NCBI RefSeq assembly: GCF_016744725.1
Contig: NZ_JADGDW010000002.1
Coordinates: forward strand, 5,614-69,613
DNA from: Candidatus Albibeggiatoa sp. nov. BB20
GTDB taxonomy: Bacteria > Pseudomonadota > Gammaproteobacteria > Beggiatoales > Beggiatoaceae
Direction of reading: 5' to 3'
Length of the DNA stretch: 64,000 bases
Positions 36,549-46,402 of this stretch are shown here, in pieces. The notes beneath the pieces are model-generated. The model did no database searches. It saw only the letters and a list, made by a program, of their open reading frames with translations, and was not told where the DNA came from. Within the stretch, counting starts at the first letter, position 1, and each line of letters starts with the position of its first letter. Position numbers and translations under genes: made by a program.

Positions 36549-37550
36549 ATGCGAATCCTAATTATAAAAACCTCATCACTTGGCGATATTATTCATACTT
36601 TGCCAGCCCTAAGCGATATGGCAAAACACTATCAAACTTTGCACTGCGATTGGGTTGTAGAAGAAGCCTTTAGTGAAATTCCTACTTGGCATCCTGCTAT
36701 CACTCGGGTGATCCCTGTGGCAATCCGCCGCTGGCGACAAAATCCATGGCAAATGTGGAAAAATAAAGAATGGCAACAATGCAAGCAAGTGATTCAACAA
36801 GAAAAATATGACTATATTATTGATGCACAAGGTCTATTCAAAAGTGCCGTATTGACCGCCCAAGCCCGAGGCATTCGTTGTGGCTTAGATGGTAACTCTG
36901 CCCGCGAACCGATTGCAAGCTGGTTTTATCATAAAAAAATTACTGTTTCCAAAGCCCAACATGCGGTGATGCGGACTCGTTTACTGTTTGCCAGTTTACT
37001 CAACTATGAATTACCCACGGCTGAACCTATTTATGGGATTAAAAACAGCTTTCAAGTTGAAAAACAGCCTTATATCATCTTTCTACACGGTACGACATGG
37101 AAAACCAAACATTGGTATGATGAAAACTGGAGTGATTTAGCAAAATTGGTAACCAATCGAGGCTATCAAGTGCGTATTCCTTGGGGAAATGAGATTGAAA
37201 AGCAACGTGCGGAAAAAATAGCCACCAGCCATGACAATATCCAGATCATTGAAAAAGGCAATTTACAGCAACTTGCCTCTGAATTAGCTCAAGCAAAAGC
37301 GGTTGTTGGGGTTGATACGGGATTGGCTCATTTGGCCGCAGCACTAGATATTCCAAGCGTGACACTGTACGGTGCAACTAAAGCAGGCTTAACAGGTACG
37401 ATGGGACAACAACAAATCCATTTAAATGCCCAATTTCCATGCGCGCCTTGTCTTAAAAAACAATGTTCGTATAAAACCGCACCTTTGCCACCTTGTTACC
37501 AAGATTTATCAGTTGATCGTGTGTGGCGAAGCTTAAAAGATTTATTGTAG
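36549..37550 (+). CDS. waaC: Lipopolysaccharide heptosyltransferase I
   Basis: 333 aa, GT9 family. The N-terminus is MRILIIKTSSLGDIIHTLPALSDM and the C-terminal motif is VGVDTGLAHLAAAL. Confidence 0.85.
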   Translation: MRILIIKTSSLGDIIHTLPALSDMAKHYQTLHCDWVVEEAFSEIPTWHPAITRVIPVAIRRWRQNPWQMWKNKEWQQCKQVIQQEKYDYIIDAQGLFKSAVLTAQARGIRCGLDGNSAREPIASWFYHKKITVSKAQHAVMRTRLLFASLLNYELPTAEPIYGIKNSFQVEKQPYIIFLHGTTWKTKHWYDENWSDLAKLVTNRGYQVRIPWGNEIEKQRAEKIATSHDNIQIIEKGNLQQLASELAQAKAVVGVDTGLAHLAAALDIPSVTLYGATKAGLTGTMGQQQIHLNAQFPCAPCLKKQCSYKTAPLPPCYQDLSVDRVWRSLKDLL

Positions 37551-37612
37551 TTAACCTCGACATTGCCTATACTTACGCTTTTTGATGTCTCGCTACTGAT
37601 AGAGTAATTTTG

Positions 37613-38044
37613 ATGGAACAGTTTGTAGAGTTTGTAGGTAACCACCCACTTTTATTTGCCTCCTTTGCTGGCGTATTAGGGCTGTTAGTTTGGAATATCC
37701 TAGGCGATTCTATTCAGGGTATTAATAACATTACCGCCCAAATAGCCACTCTCAAAATTAATCATGATGATGCCATTGTGCTTGATGTGCGTGAAGACAA
37801 CGAGTTTGTGGAAGGTCACATTCTCGACGCAATGCACATTCCTTTGGGTTCATTATCTGCTAAAATAAAGAACTTAGAAAAATACCGCCAACACCCGATT
37901 ATCGTCAGTTGCCGCAGTGGTAACCGTTCTAGCCATGCTTGCAATATTTTGAAAAAGAATGAGTTTGAACAGGTTTTTAATTTAAAAGGTGGCGTTATCG
38001 CTTGGGAAACAGCGGGTTTACCATTGACCAAGGGTCGTAAATAA
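37613..38044 (+). CDS. Membrane-anchored single-domain rhodanese (sulfurtransferase)
   Basis: An N-terminal TM segment is followed by a rhodanese fold with the active-site loop CRSGNRS. Confidence 0.8.
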   Translation: MEQFVEFVGNHPLLFASFAGVLGLLVWNILGDSIQGINNITAQIATLKINHDDAIVLDVREDNEFVEGHILDAMHIPLGSLSAKIKNLEKYRQHPIIVSCRSGNRSSHACNILKKNEFEQVFNLKGGVIAWETAGLPLTKGRK

Positions 38045-38066
38045 TTTAAACACAAGGGGAAATATT

Positions 38067-38558
38067 GTGGCAGAAGCAAATGCACAAGGACAGAAGAGCG
38101 AACAATTTGACATCCAAAAGATTTATTTAAAAGATTGCTCGTTTGAAGTGCCCAATGCACCAAACATTTTTATAGTTCAAGATCAACAGCCCAGTCCAAA
38201 ATATGAAGTGGCTTATGAATCTAAAGAAATACAAGCTGGAATGTATGAAGTGGTGCTTAATGTCACAGTGACTGTAATGCTTGGTGACCAAACTGCATTT
38301 TTAGTTGAAATCAAGCAAGCAGGCGTGTTTACTTTATCCAATATGCCTAAAGATAAATTGGCTTATATGATTAATGGTGTTTGCCCTAACGTCTTATTCC
38401 CTTATGCTCGTGAAACTGTTTCTGAGTTGATTACACGTGGTGGATTCACGCCTCTTTACTTGCCGTTAATGAATTTTGAAGGCATGTACGTGCAAAAATT
38501 GCAGCAAGATGGTAAGTTGCAAGTACCTGAAAATATGCAATCTCCTTCTGCACAGTAA
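38067..38558 (+). CDS. secB: Protein-export chaperone SecB
   Basis: FDIQKIYLKDCSFEVPNAP parallels E. coli SecB. It has a GTG start with an aagggga RBS and the rhodanese-secB-gpsA context. Confidence 0.9.
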   Translation: MAEANAQGQKSEQFDIQKIYLKDCSFEVPNAPNIFIVQDQQPSPKYEVAYESKEIQAGMYEVVLNVTVTVMLGDQTAFLVEIKQAGVFTLSNMPKDKLAYMINGVCPNVLFPYARETVSELITRGGFTPLYLPLMNFEGMYVQKLQQDGKLQVPENMQSPSAQ

Positions 38559-38560
38559 AA

Positions 38561-39559
38561 ATGTCTGCAGACTCACCTATTCTCGTGTTAGGCGCAGGCT
38601 CTTGGGGGACTGCGCTAGCATTGGTGTTAGCCCGTAACGGCCATTCCATTTGGCTGTGGAGTCATGAACAAGCTCACGTCGCGCAAATGCGTACAGAACA
38701 GCAAAATAGTCAATATTTACCTGATTATCCTTTTCCCGAACATATTAAAATTGTTGATGATTTAGTCCTTGTGGCCAAAACCAAACAAATTTTAATCGTT
38801 GTACCCAGTCATGCGTTTCATAGCACATTAAGCCAAATCAAACCCTATTTACAGCCCGATACCCATTTATGCTGGGCGACGAAAGGTTTTGAATATAAAA
38901 CGGGTTTATTGTTACATGAAGTGGCGCACAATGTATTAGGCCAGCAAGCCTTTTCAGTGTTATCAGGGCCTTCATTTGCGAAAGAAGTGGCTAAGCAATT
39001 ACCCACAGCCGTTACCATTGCCTCAGATGTTCAAAATCATGCCCAATTTTGGGTTAATGCGTTCCATGACCCCTATTTTCGTCCTTATCTCAGTTCAGAT
39101 TTAATTGGGGTGCAGATTGGTGGTGCGGTGAAAAACGTGATGGCGATTGCAGCAGGCATTGCAGATGGTTTGGGTTTTGGCGCAAATACTCGAGCGGCTT
39201 TAATTACACGCGGCTTGGCTGAAATGCTACGTTTAGGTATTGCGATGGGTGGTCAAGCCGAAACCTTCATGGGTTTGGCGGGTATGGGTGATCTGGTGCT
39301 CACGTGTACTGATAATCAATCACGTAATCGACGATTTGGTTTTGCTTTGGCACAAGGTCAAAAAAACCATGATGAGATTTTAACTGAGATTGGTCAAGTA
39401 GTTGAGGGAGTTCATGCCGCACGTGAAGTGCATCATTTAGCCCAAAAATATCAAGTTGAAATGCCGATTGTTGACCATGTACAGCAAGTATTAACCCAAC
39501 AAATGACACCAAAACAAGCGGTACATTCTTTATTGTCTCGTGAAGTCAAAACCGAATAA
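38561..39559 (+). CDS. gpsA: NAD(P)H-dependent glycerol-3-phosphate dehydrogenase
   Basis: GAGSWGTALALVLARNGH Rossmann motif, GGAVKNVMAIAAG and NRRFG motifs. Confidence 0.95.
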   Translation: MSADSPILVLGAGSWGTALALVLARNGHSIWLWSHEQAHVAQMRTEQQNSQYLPDYPFPEHIKIVDDLVLVAKTKQILIVVPSHAFHSTLSQIKPYLQPDTHLCWATKGFEYKTGLLLHEVAHNVLGQQAFSVLSGPSFAKEVAKQLPTAVTIASDVQNHAQFWVNAFHDPYFRPYLSSDLIGVQIGGAVKNVMAIAAGIADGLGFGANTRAALITRGLAEMLRLGIAMGGQAETFMGLAGMGDLVLTCTDNQSRNRRFGFALAQGQKNHDEILTEIGQVVEGVHAAREVHHLAQKYQVEMPIVDHVQQVLTQQMTPKQAVHSLLSREVKTE

Positions 39560-39939
39560 TATTTTTTCCTCGCTCTAAAATATCAGTGGTTCGAGAATCT
39601 TTAAAATACATCTTAAAATCAATCTGTTATCAAAGTTGATATATTTGTAATTGATTGAAATATTTTGTATTTTGTAAGAACTGGCCACAGTATTGAGGTA
39701 CTAGAGTTGAGGAGTTTTATTAAGCACTTAAAAACACTCCATTCTTTCAAGAAAATCTATGATTGATGCTTTGAATTATGCCAGCATCTATAGACGTATA
39801 AATTCATTTTTAAATCATCATTGATTTTGTTTTGATAAATATTAATAATTGGCTTTAAATTAAGAAGTTTTTATAATTTAGCCCAATATTCAATATAATA
39901 TCTCTGACTTTAAATAATACTCTAAACAACAATAAGAGG

Positions 39940-42246
39940 ATGATATTTAAAGTTATTAAGATGGGGGAGATGTATCTGATGCTAAGATTAAATTTAAATT
40001 TATTTGTTAACACAATATTCATTTTATTTTCATTATATTACAGCAAGTTAATGGCTAACGAATACGGAATGCCACCCGTTTTACAAGAATCCCTTCAAAT
40101 TAAATCATTACTTGGTTTATCACTTGAAGAATTGATGAATATTAGGATTGATGCGCCTCTTGCCTCTTTGACAAAAACGTCTCAACGCTTAACCCCCGCA
40201 GCGATCACGACGATTACAAAACAGCAAATTGAAAACAGTGGTGCACGTAGTCTGAATGAATTATTGGAAATCTATGTGCCGAACTTGCAAATGATGCGAC
40301 ATCATTGGGAAATCAGTCATCTGGGGTTGCGTGGCATATTGAATGATCGAGAGGAAAAATATTTACTGTTAGTGAATGGCCGTGTGATGAATGAGCATAC
40401 ACATTATGGTGTTATCAGTGAGCGAGATTTGTCTATGTTGGGTGATATTCGGCATATTGATATTGTTCGTGGTTCAGGCTCGGCAATTCATGGTGCAGGT
40501 GCTGTATCAATGGTGATTAGTATTGAAACCGAAAGTGGGCTGAGTTTTGAAGGCACGGAAATGATTGCGCGAGCAGGTGTCATCGATGAATTTTATGGGA
40601 TTGAGTTGAAACATGGCAAAAAACTCACAGAGGATTCAGGCTATTTTATTTATTTGGGTTTGGATAAATATGTGGGCGCAGATCAACACGATGCACCGTA
40701 TGTATTGGGCACAAGTTATACCGATTTTTGGGGCAATACGGTTGCAGGTCAACAGGCTTATACACAATATTCGATTAATCGAGATGGGGCAGCATGGCGA
40801 GATAAACCACGGATTAAATTGCATACGGAATACACCCATGGTTCATTAAGTCTTTGGATGCGTTACACACGCGGTGGCCAACAATATGTGACTGATCCGA
40901 GTTCCACAGCTCGCTGGCCTTATGGTTGGTTGGATGATTGGGCAGTTGATACTTATCCCAATTATGAATCTTTTGAGCAACCGGGTTCAGGCTATCAGCA
41001 ACTCACTTTATTATCAGAATATAAACAACATATTAGCGATATATTTTCAATTGATTATACCCTGAGCTATGATTTAACTGACTATGAACGTGCTGATTTT
41101 AGTTCTGAATTGGATAATTGGACATTGAACCATCGGGAAGATGAATTATTAGCCAAAGTAACAGCGCACTGGCAGTTGAATGATAAACATCACATTGCAA
41201 TGGGTGTAGCATGGTCACATGAATGGTTTGGTAAAAATAATTTAGGGTTTCCTGATGATTCTCAAGCAGTTTTGTCGCCTTGGGTACAGCCTCCTTATAG
41301 CGGTGATTCACCTGAGTGGTCTACTAATACCTATTCTTTATTGGCGGAACATCAATGGCAGTTTTCAGCGGATTGGACATTATTTTATGGGGGACGGATT
41401 GATAAAAATGATAATACGGAGCTGTTATATTCTCCCCGAGCCGCTTTTATTTATACCCCAAATGATAAGGATACTTGGAAGTTGATGTATTCAGAGTCGG
41501 TGCGGATGACGTTTGCAGAAGAGCGGCAATGGACATTTGAGCAAACAGGTGAAAAGAGTGATCCAGAAGAGTTAAAAAGTCTGGAGTTACGTTATGAAGC
41601 ACAGCATGATTCAGCATTATTTTGGGCAGTCAGCACTTATTATCAGGATTTAGATTTAATCAGTTGGGATTCGGGTGAGTATGGAGTGGATTTTGATGCA
41701 GGGACACGCAGCATCGGTAATTTAACTCAAACAGGGATTGAGCTTGAATTAGCGTATCACACTGAGCAGACACAAATCACGTTTTCACATGCGTATCATA
41801 AGTTGTTGGATTTTAATTTATCGCCAGATACCAATACTGCATTGACTGCTGAGCCTTATGGTTATGGTAATCAATTAGCGGTGTGGAGTAGCCATATTAG
41901 TAAATTAACGGGTTCATATCATTTAAGTCCGCGTTGGCAATTGGATGGTTCAGCACGGATTTATTGGGGATTTGATGGCGCACAAGCTTTTTCAGATTAT
42001 AACAATGCTCAAAATACGCCATATAACCGAGACCCCGAAAATGATGATCCTTATGGCGCGTCGATTTTTGTTAATTTAGGGATTCAGCATCAGCTTAATG
42101 ACAGATTGAAATTACGTTTAGATGCGTACAATGTTTTAGGTTGGGTTGATAAAACTTATAATAAACGCTTGTTTGGGTTTAATTCTTATGGTGATTATCG
42201 TGCCCATGCCCCTGCGTTGGCTGCTACATTGCGCTGGCAGTTTTAG
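39940..42246 (+). CDS. TonB-dependent outer-membrane receptor
   Basis: Plug-domain motifs ITKQQIENSGARSLNELLEIYVPNL and IDIVRGSGSAIHGAGAVSMVISI, a long beta-barrel region and the terminal aromatic ...TLRWQF. The true start is uncertain among Met 1, 8, 11 and 14. Confidence 0.8.
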   Translation: MIFKVIKMGEMYLMLRLNLNLFVNTIFILFSLYYSKLMANEYGMPPVLQESLQIKSLLGLSLEELMNIRIDAPLASLTKTSQRLTPAAITTITKQQIENSGARSLNELLEIYVPNLQMMRHHWEISHLGLRGILNDREEKYLLLVNGRVMNEHTHYGVISERDLSMLGDIRHIDIVRGSGSAIHGAGAVSMVISIETESGLSFEGTEMIARAGVIDEFYGIELKHGKKLTEDSGYFIYLGLDKYVGADQHDAPYVLGTSYTDFWGNTVAGQQAYTQYSINRDGAAWRDKPRIKLHTEYTHGSLSLWMRYTRGGQQYVTDPSSTARWPYGWLDDWAVDTYPNYESFEQPGSGYQQLTLLSEYKQHISDIFSIDYTLSYDLTDYERADFSSELDNWTLNHREDELLAKVTAHWQLNDKHHIAMGVAWSHEWFGKNNLGFPDDSQAVLSPWVQPPYSGDSPEWSTNTYSLLAEHQWQFSADWTLFYGGRIDKNDNTELLYSPRAAFIYTPNDKDTWKLMYSESVRMTFAEERQWTFEQTGEKSDPEELKSLELRYEAQHDSALFWAVSTYYQDLDLISWDSGEYGVDFDAGTRSIGNLTQTGIELELAYHTEQTQITFSHAYHKLLDFNLSPDTNTALTAEPYGYGNQLAVWSSHISKLTGSYHLSPRWQLDGSARIYWGFDGAQAFSDYNNAQNTPYNRDPENDDPYGASIFVNLGIQHQLNDRLKLRLDAYNVLGWVDKTYNKRLFGFNSYGDYRAHAPALAATLRWQF

Positions 42247-42298
42247 ATTATTTATTCCCGTTTTTAGTTAAACTATTGATTTACAAAAATTCATCGCT

Positions 42299-45200
42299 TT
42301 ACGTGTTTGTGAAGAATTGTTTGATTGTGTCGCCATGTTCACCTAGCCATTGTCCGATATTTTGGGCTACAGGAATCAGTTGTTGTTTAACGCTATCTGC
42401 CAATTGACCTGTTTTGTTCACCAGTTTAATCACACGATCTAAAGCACTGCCAATGTCTTCTTTATCAGGATTAGGCGTATTGATTTCTTCTTTGGCTTCA
42501 TTTAGTAATTTTATGACTTTCTTCTGGTTTTCGCCTAAATCCAATGTCAAAATCACATCAATTAAAGTTTGTAAATCTATTTGAATGCCTTGGTTGAATG
42601 TTTGGGTGACATTATCACCTGTATTGGTATTGCTATCTTTTATATCTCTGGCATGAAGGGAGCTATCATAATGATTTCCGCCATAATTGTAGTTGATAGT
42701 TTTTCTTTCTTTTTCTTCTAATTTACGTAAATCAAAAATACCGTCTAGTAATTGATGAGCTGAGAAATCTTTGCGACAGCTTAATTTAGGGCATCGAAAA
42801 TCAGCTTGAACGCCTGCATATTCTTTTAAAGTATCAAATTTAAAATATTCAGGCTCTTCACAATTACAAGGCACGCTGACTTCATAATCCAATGGCTTTT
42901 TATAGCTATTATGAATTTTTTGTAGTTCGTAGTTAACGATGGTCATCAAATCGCGGCAGTGTTGCCCTTCAACTTTGATGGATATTTTGCGTTTACCATA
43001 GCTTTCGATGACTTCGGCATGGGTTTGGTCTTTTTCAAATACAACGCCTGTGCGCCATACGCATTGTTGTTGGTCTGCAATGTCTTCGTGAAGTGTCACA
43101 ATCAGTTGGGTGATAATCCCTTTGGGCATGAAAGCATAGTTTTGATATAAGACGGTGACGTTGTTTTTTGAATTCCACTTATAATCGGGTTTTTGTTCAG
43201 CTAATAATTGCGGTGCGATGTAGGTATTTTCACAATATTTGAGTGGATAGCATAGTTTGAATTTGAGCATCAATTGCAGTAAGTCATCGTGCATAAAGTC
43301 GTATTCGGATTGATGCCAGATGGTTTTTAAATCGGCTTTGGTGAATTTACCAAATTGTTGTTCAACAGTGGAATTTTTCAGTACGCGGTAAATGGTTTGT
43401 GTGACCCATTGGGGTTTGAGGAATATGGTTTTTTGTAGCAATGGATCGTGTTGAAAATGCAGGACGCTGCCTAAGTCGTGTAGGGTTTCGCTGAGTTGGA
43501 GTTTGTCTTGTTTGTGTTTAAAGCCATGTTGGTCGCATAGAGTTAAAAATTCTTTAAGATCAATATGGTTGCGTTCATCGTCTTGTAAAATATCGCGGAT
43601 GGTTTTCCATGATTTGGGAACAGGTGTACCGATATGGGGTAATTGTTTTAAGCGGTGTGGTAAATCTATAAGCAGTTTGTCAAAATCTTTGTTATTGAGT
43701 TTTAGATTGGTGGCGTAGATTTCTTTTAAATATTGAAACGTGCATCTTAAACTGGGTTCGTCAATTTTCTGTTGGCAGTTGTCGCGTTCATTTTTGACGA
43801 TAAATACGGGGCTGTCTTCGCCGAGTAATTCGACAATATTGAGCCAATAATAAAAGTTTGTGTCTTCTTTGCGGCTGTCGGTAACGAGGATGTATAAGGC
43901 GCGTTTGCTGAGGAAAAATTGATGGGTGGCGTGATAGATTTCTTGGCCGCCAAAGTCCCAGATATTGACTTGATAATCTTGTTGTTCGTTGTATGGAAAT
44001 GACCACGGAATAACATCAATGCCTTCGGTGCTTTTTATCGCTTGTAGTTGATAATCAGGGTTTTGGATTTTATTGGCTAAAGTAGTTTTGCCCGCGCCGC
44101 CTTCGCCAACAATTAATAGTTTTGCTTCATATAAATAATCAGTTTGTTCCAGTTTTAATTGATGTAAATAGTTGCGTACTCGGAGTAAATGTACATAACC
44201 CCATTTATCATCAGGTTCTAATTGTTCAATGGATGGCTCTGTAATTTTATTATCTTCAATGTCTAAACATTCTAGTTTTGGTAATAAAAATAGTTCTTCT
44301 GGCAGGCTTTGTAACAAGTTATTTCTCAAATATAAGCTGCTCAGACTCTCAAGCTGCCCCAATCCTTCCACGCTTTCCAATTGATTAAAGCTCAAATATA
44401 AACTGCTCAGATTCGCAAGTTGACCTAATCCTTCCACGCTTTGTAACTTATTATTTCTCAAATCTAAACTGCTTAGGTTTTCAAGCTGCCCTAATCCTTC
44501 CACGCTTTGTAATGAGTTACTTCTCAAATCTAAATGGCTCAGATTCTGAAGTTGCCCTAATCCCTCCGCACTTTGTAACTCACTATTTCTCAAATATAAA
44601 CGGCTCAGATTCTGAAGTTGCTCTAATCCCTCCACGCTTTTCAATGAATTAAAACTTAAATACAAACTGCTCAGACACTCAAGCTGCGTTAATCCTTCTA
44701 CGCTTTGTAACAAGTTATTTCTCAAATCTAAACTGCTCAGATTCTGAAGCTGTCCTAATCCTTCCACACTTTGTAACTTATTATCGCTCAAGTATAAACT
44801 ACTTAGATTCTGAAGCTGCCCTAATCCTTCCACGCTTTGTAACGAGTTATCGCTCAAATCTAAATTACTCAGATTTTGAAGTTGCCCCAATCCTTCCATG
44901 CTTTGTAACGAGTTATTGCTCAAATCTAAATTGCTCAGATTCTGAAGTTGCCCTAATCCTTTCGCGCTTTTTAATTGATTAAAGCTCAAATATAAGTTGC
45001 CCAGATGCTTAAGCTGTCCTAATCCCTTCGTACTTTGCAACAGATTAGAACTTAAATATAAACTGCTCAAATTCTCAAGCTGCCCTAATTCTTCCACGCT
45101 TTTTAACGAATTATCGCTCAAATCTAAACTGCTCAGATTCTCAAGCTGTCCTAATCCTTCCACGCTTTGTAACAAGTTATCGCTCAAATCTAAACTGTTC

Positions 45201-46249
45201 AGATTCTCAAGCTGCTCTAATTCTTCCACACTTTGTAACGAGTTAGAGCCCAAATCTAAACGGCTTAGATGCTCAAGTTGCCCCAATCCTTCCACGCTTT
45301 GTAACGAGTTAGAGCTCAAATCTAAACGGCTCAGATTCTTAAGCTGCCCTAATCCTTCCACGCTTTGTAACGAGTTATTTTTCAAATCTAAACTGCTCAG
45401 ATTCTCAAGCGTCCTTAATCCTTCCACGCTTTTCAATTGATTAAAGCTTAAATCTAAATAGCTCAGATTCTCAAGCTGCCCTAATCCTTCCACGCTTTGT
45501 AACAAGTTATTTCTCAAATCTAAATAGCTCAGATGCTTAAGTTGTTCTAATCCTTCCACACTTTGTAACTCACTATTTCTCAAATATAAATGGCTCAGAT
45601 ACTTAAGCTGTTCTAATCCTTCTATGCTTTGTAACAAGTTATTTCTTAAATCTAAACGGCTCAGATGCTTAAGCTGCCCTAATTCCTTCACGCTTTGTAA
45701 TCTATTACGACCCAAATCTAAACAGCTCAGATGCTCAAGTTGTTCTAATCCTTCTACGCTTTGCAATCTATTACGGCTCAAATTTAAACGGCTCAGATTT
45801 TTTAATTTCAAAACCCAGTCAGGAATGCTATCAAGTCGATGATTGCTAATATCCAAAAGTTCTAAATGAGGAAAATCAAAAATCCCATCTGGTGCATCAT
45901 AAGAAAATAAGGTCAATTTTAAACCAACAATGTTTTCAGGCGGTAAATCTAACTTTTTAAAATCCGCATAATGCACAATCAAACCCGATACATCTGCCAC
46001 CTGCCGCAATGGATTACCACGCAAATCAAGCCGTTTTAAATGAGTTAATTGCTGAATTTCATCAGGGACAATTTGAATCGCATTATTGGTTAAAATGAGT
46101 TGTTCTAAATGACTAAGCTGATAAACTTCGGGCGGGATTATCGGTAAATACAAGTCACCATGATTTGTTAAATCCAAAGACTTGTCTTGCTTTTCTGCAC
46201 ATTGCTGGATTTTATCTAAAATGTCGGGTGGGGTTTTAAAAATACGCAT
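42299..46249 (-). CDS. ROCO-family protein: LRR solenoid - Roc (Ras-of-complex) GTPase - COR - uncharacterised C-terminal domain
   Basis: 1316 aa. About 25 LRRs occupy aa ~40-660. The P-loop is LLIVGEGGAGKTTLANKI (aa ~711-728), switch II is DFGGQEIY, and VKNERD sits at the NKxD position. About 250 aa of COR-like sequence follow, then about 170 aa (from INYNYGGNHYDS...) with no motif I recognise. Confidence 0.85.
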   Translation of the reverse strand: MRIFKTPPDILDKIQQCAEKQDKSLDLTNHGDLYLPIIPPEVYQLSHLEQLILTNNAIQIVPDEIQQLTHLKRLDLRGNPLRQVADVSGLIVHYADFKKLDLPPENIVGLKLTLFSYDAPDGIFDFPHLELLDISNHRLDSIPDWVLKLKNLSRLNLSRNRLQSVEGLEQLEHLSCLDLGRNRLQSVKELGQLKHLSRLDLRNNLLQSIEGLEQLKYLSHLYLRNSELQSVEGLEQLKHLSYLDLRNNLLQSVEGLGQLENLSYLDLSFNQLKSVEGLRTLENLSSLDLKNNSLQSVEGLGQLKNLSRLDLSSNSLQSVEGLGQLEHLSRLDLGSNSLQSVEELEQLENLNSLDLSDNLLQSVEGLGQLENLSSLDLSDNSLKSVEELGQLENLSSLYLSSNLLQSTKGLGQLKHLGNLYLSFNQLKSAKGLGQLQNLSNLDLSNNSLQSMEGLGQLQNLSNLDLSDNSLQSVEGLGQLQNLSSLYLSDNKLQSVEGLGQLQNLSSLDLRNNLLQSVEGLTQLECLSSLYLSFNSLKSVEGLEQLQNLSRLYLRNSELQSAEGLGQLQNLSHLDLRSNSLQSVEGLGQLENLSSLDLRNNKLQSVEGLGQLANLSSLYLSFNQLESVEGLGQLESLSSLYLRNNLLQSLPEELFLLPKLECLDIEDNKITEPSIEQLEPDDKWGYVHLLRVRNYLHQLKLEQTDYLYEAKLLIVGEGGAGKTTLANKIQNPDYQLQAIKSTEGIDVIPWSFPYNEQQDYQVNIWDFGGQEIYHATHQFFLSKRALYILVTDSRKEDTNFYYWLNIVELLGEDSPVFIVKNERDNCQQKIDEPSLRCTFQYLKEIYATNLKLNNKDFDKLLIDLPHRLKQLPHIGTPVPKSWKTIRDILQDDERNHIDLKEFLTLCDQHGFKHKQDKLQLSETLHDLGSVLHFQHDPLLQKTIFLKPQWVTQTIYRVLKNSTVEQQFGKFTKADLKTIWHQSEYDFMHDDLLQLMLKFKLCYPLKYCENTYIAPQLLAEQKPDYKWNSKNNVTVLYQNYAFMPKGIITQLIVTLHEDIADQQQCVWRTGVVFEKDQTHAEVIESYGKRKISIKVEGQHCRDLMTIVNYELQKIHNSYKKPLDYEVSVPCNCEEPEYFKFDTLKEYAGVQADFRCPKLSCRKDFSAHQLLDGIFDLRKLEEKERKTINYNYGGNHYDSSLHARDIKDSNTNTGDNVTQTFNQGIQIDLQTLIDVILTLDLGENQKKVIKLLNEAKEEINTPNPDKEDIGSALDRVIKLVNKTGQLADSVKQQLIPVAQNIGQWLGEHGDTIKQFFTNT
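44300..45800 (-). repeat. 22-23 tandem 66-bp coding repeats (22-aa LRR units)
   Basis: The unit is approximately gctcagattctcaagctgccctaatccttccacgctttgtaacgagttatttctcaaatctaaact on the + strand, encoding L(S)xLDLxxNxLQSVEGLGQLxN. The units are in phase throughout. Confidence 0.9.
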
Positions 46250-46314
46250 GATGTCATCCTTTAAAATCCAATCCCTGTTTGTTTTAATAATGCTCTGAAC
46301 CGATTTCTCAAATC

Positions 46315-46376
46315 AGGACTGGTAGCCCTATGAATTAACTAAGATACTTCAGTTTAAAACTTAGGATTACCAGTGT
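46315..46376. repeat. Degenerate MITE core (two diverged boxes)
   Basis: aggactggtagccct ... aggattaccagtg with an AT-rich spacer of about 35 bp, between the ROCO gene start and the purH stop. Confidence 0.4.
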
Positions 46377-46402
46377 AGTGTCTTGAAGGATTTTATCAGC
46401 GA

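Noticed and set aside
39834-39852. A Fur-box-like AT-rich stretch (gataaatattaataattgg) about 90 bp upstream of the TonB-dependent receptor gene.
   Set aside because: Only about 10 of 19 positions match the GATAATGATAATCATTATC consensus, in a region that is AT-rich throughout, so it is indistinguishable from background.
44300-45800. The regular 66-bp repeats here, and the 126-bp repeats at 16300-16995, could superficially look like a CRISPR array.
   Set aside because: The units are contiguous with no unique spacers, they stay in frame within long ORFs encoding LRR or TPR motifs, and no cas genes are present.
44997-45842. Plus-strand ORFs 44997-45440 (147 aa) and 45624-45842 (72 aa) with repetitive SCPNPSTLCN-type sequence.
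   Set aside because: They are antisense read-throughs of the 66-bp LRR repeat array of the ROCO gene. Their periodicity mirrors the repeats and they have no independent start or RBS support.
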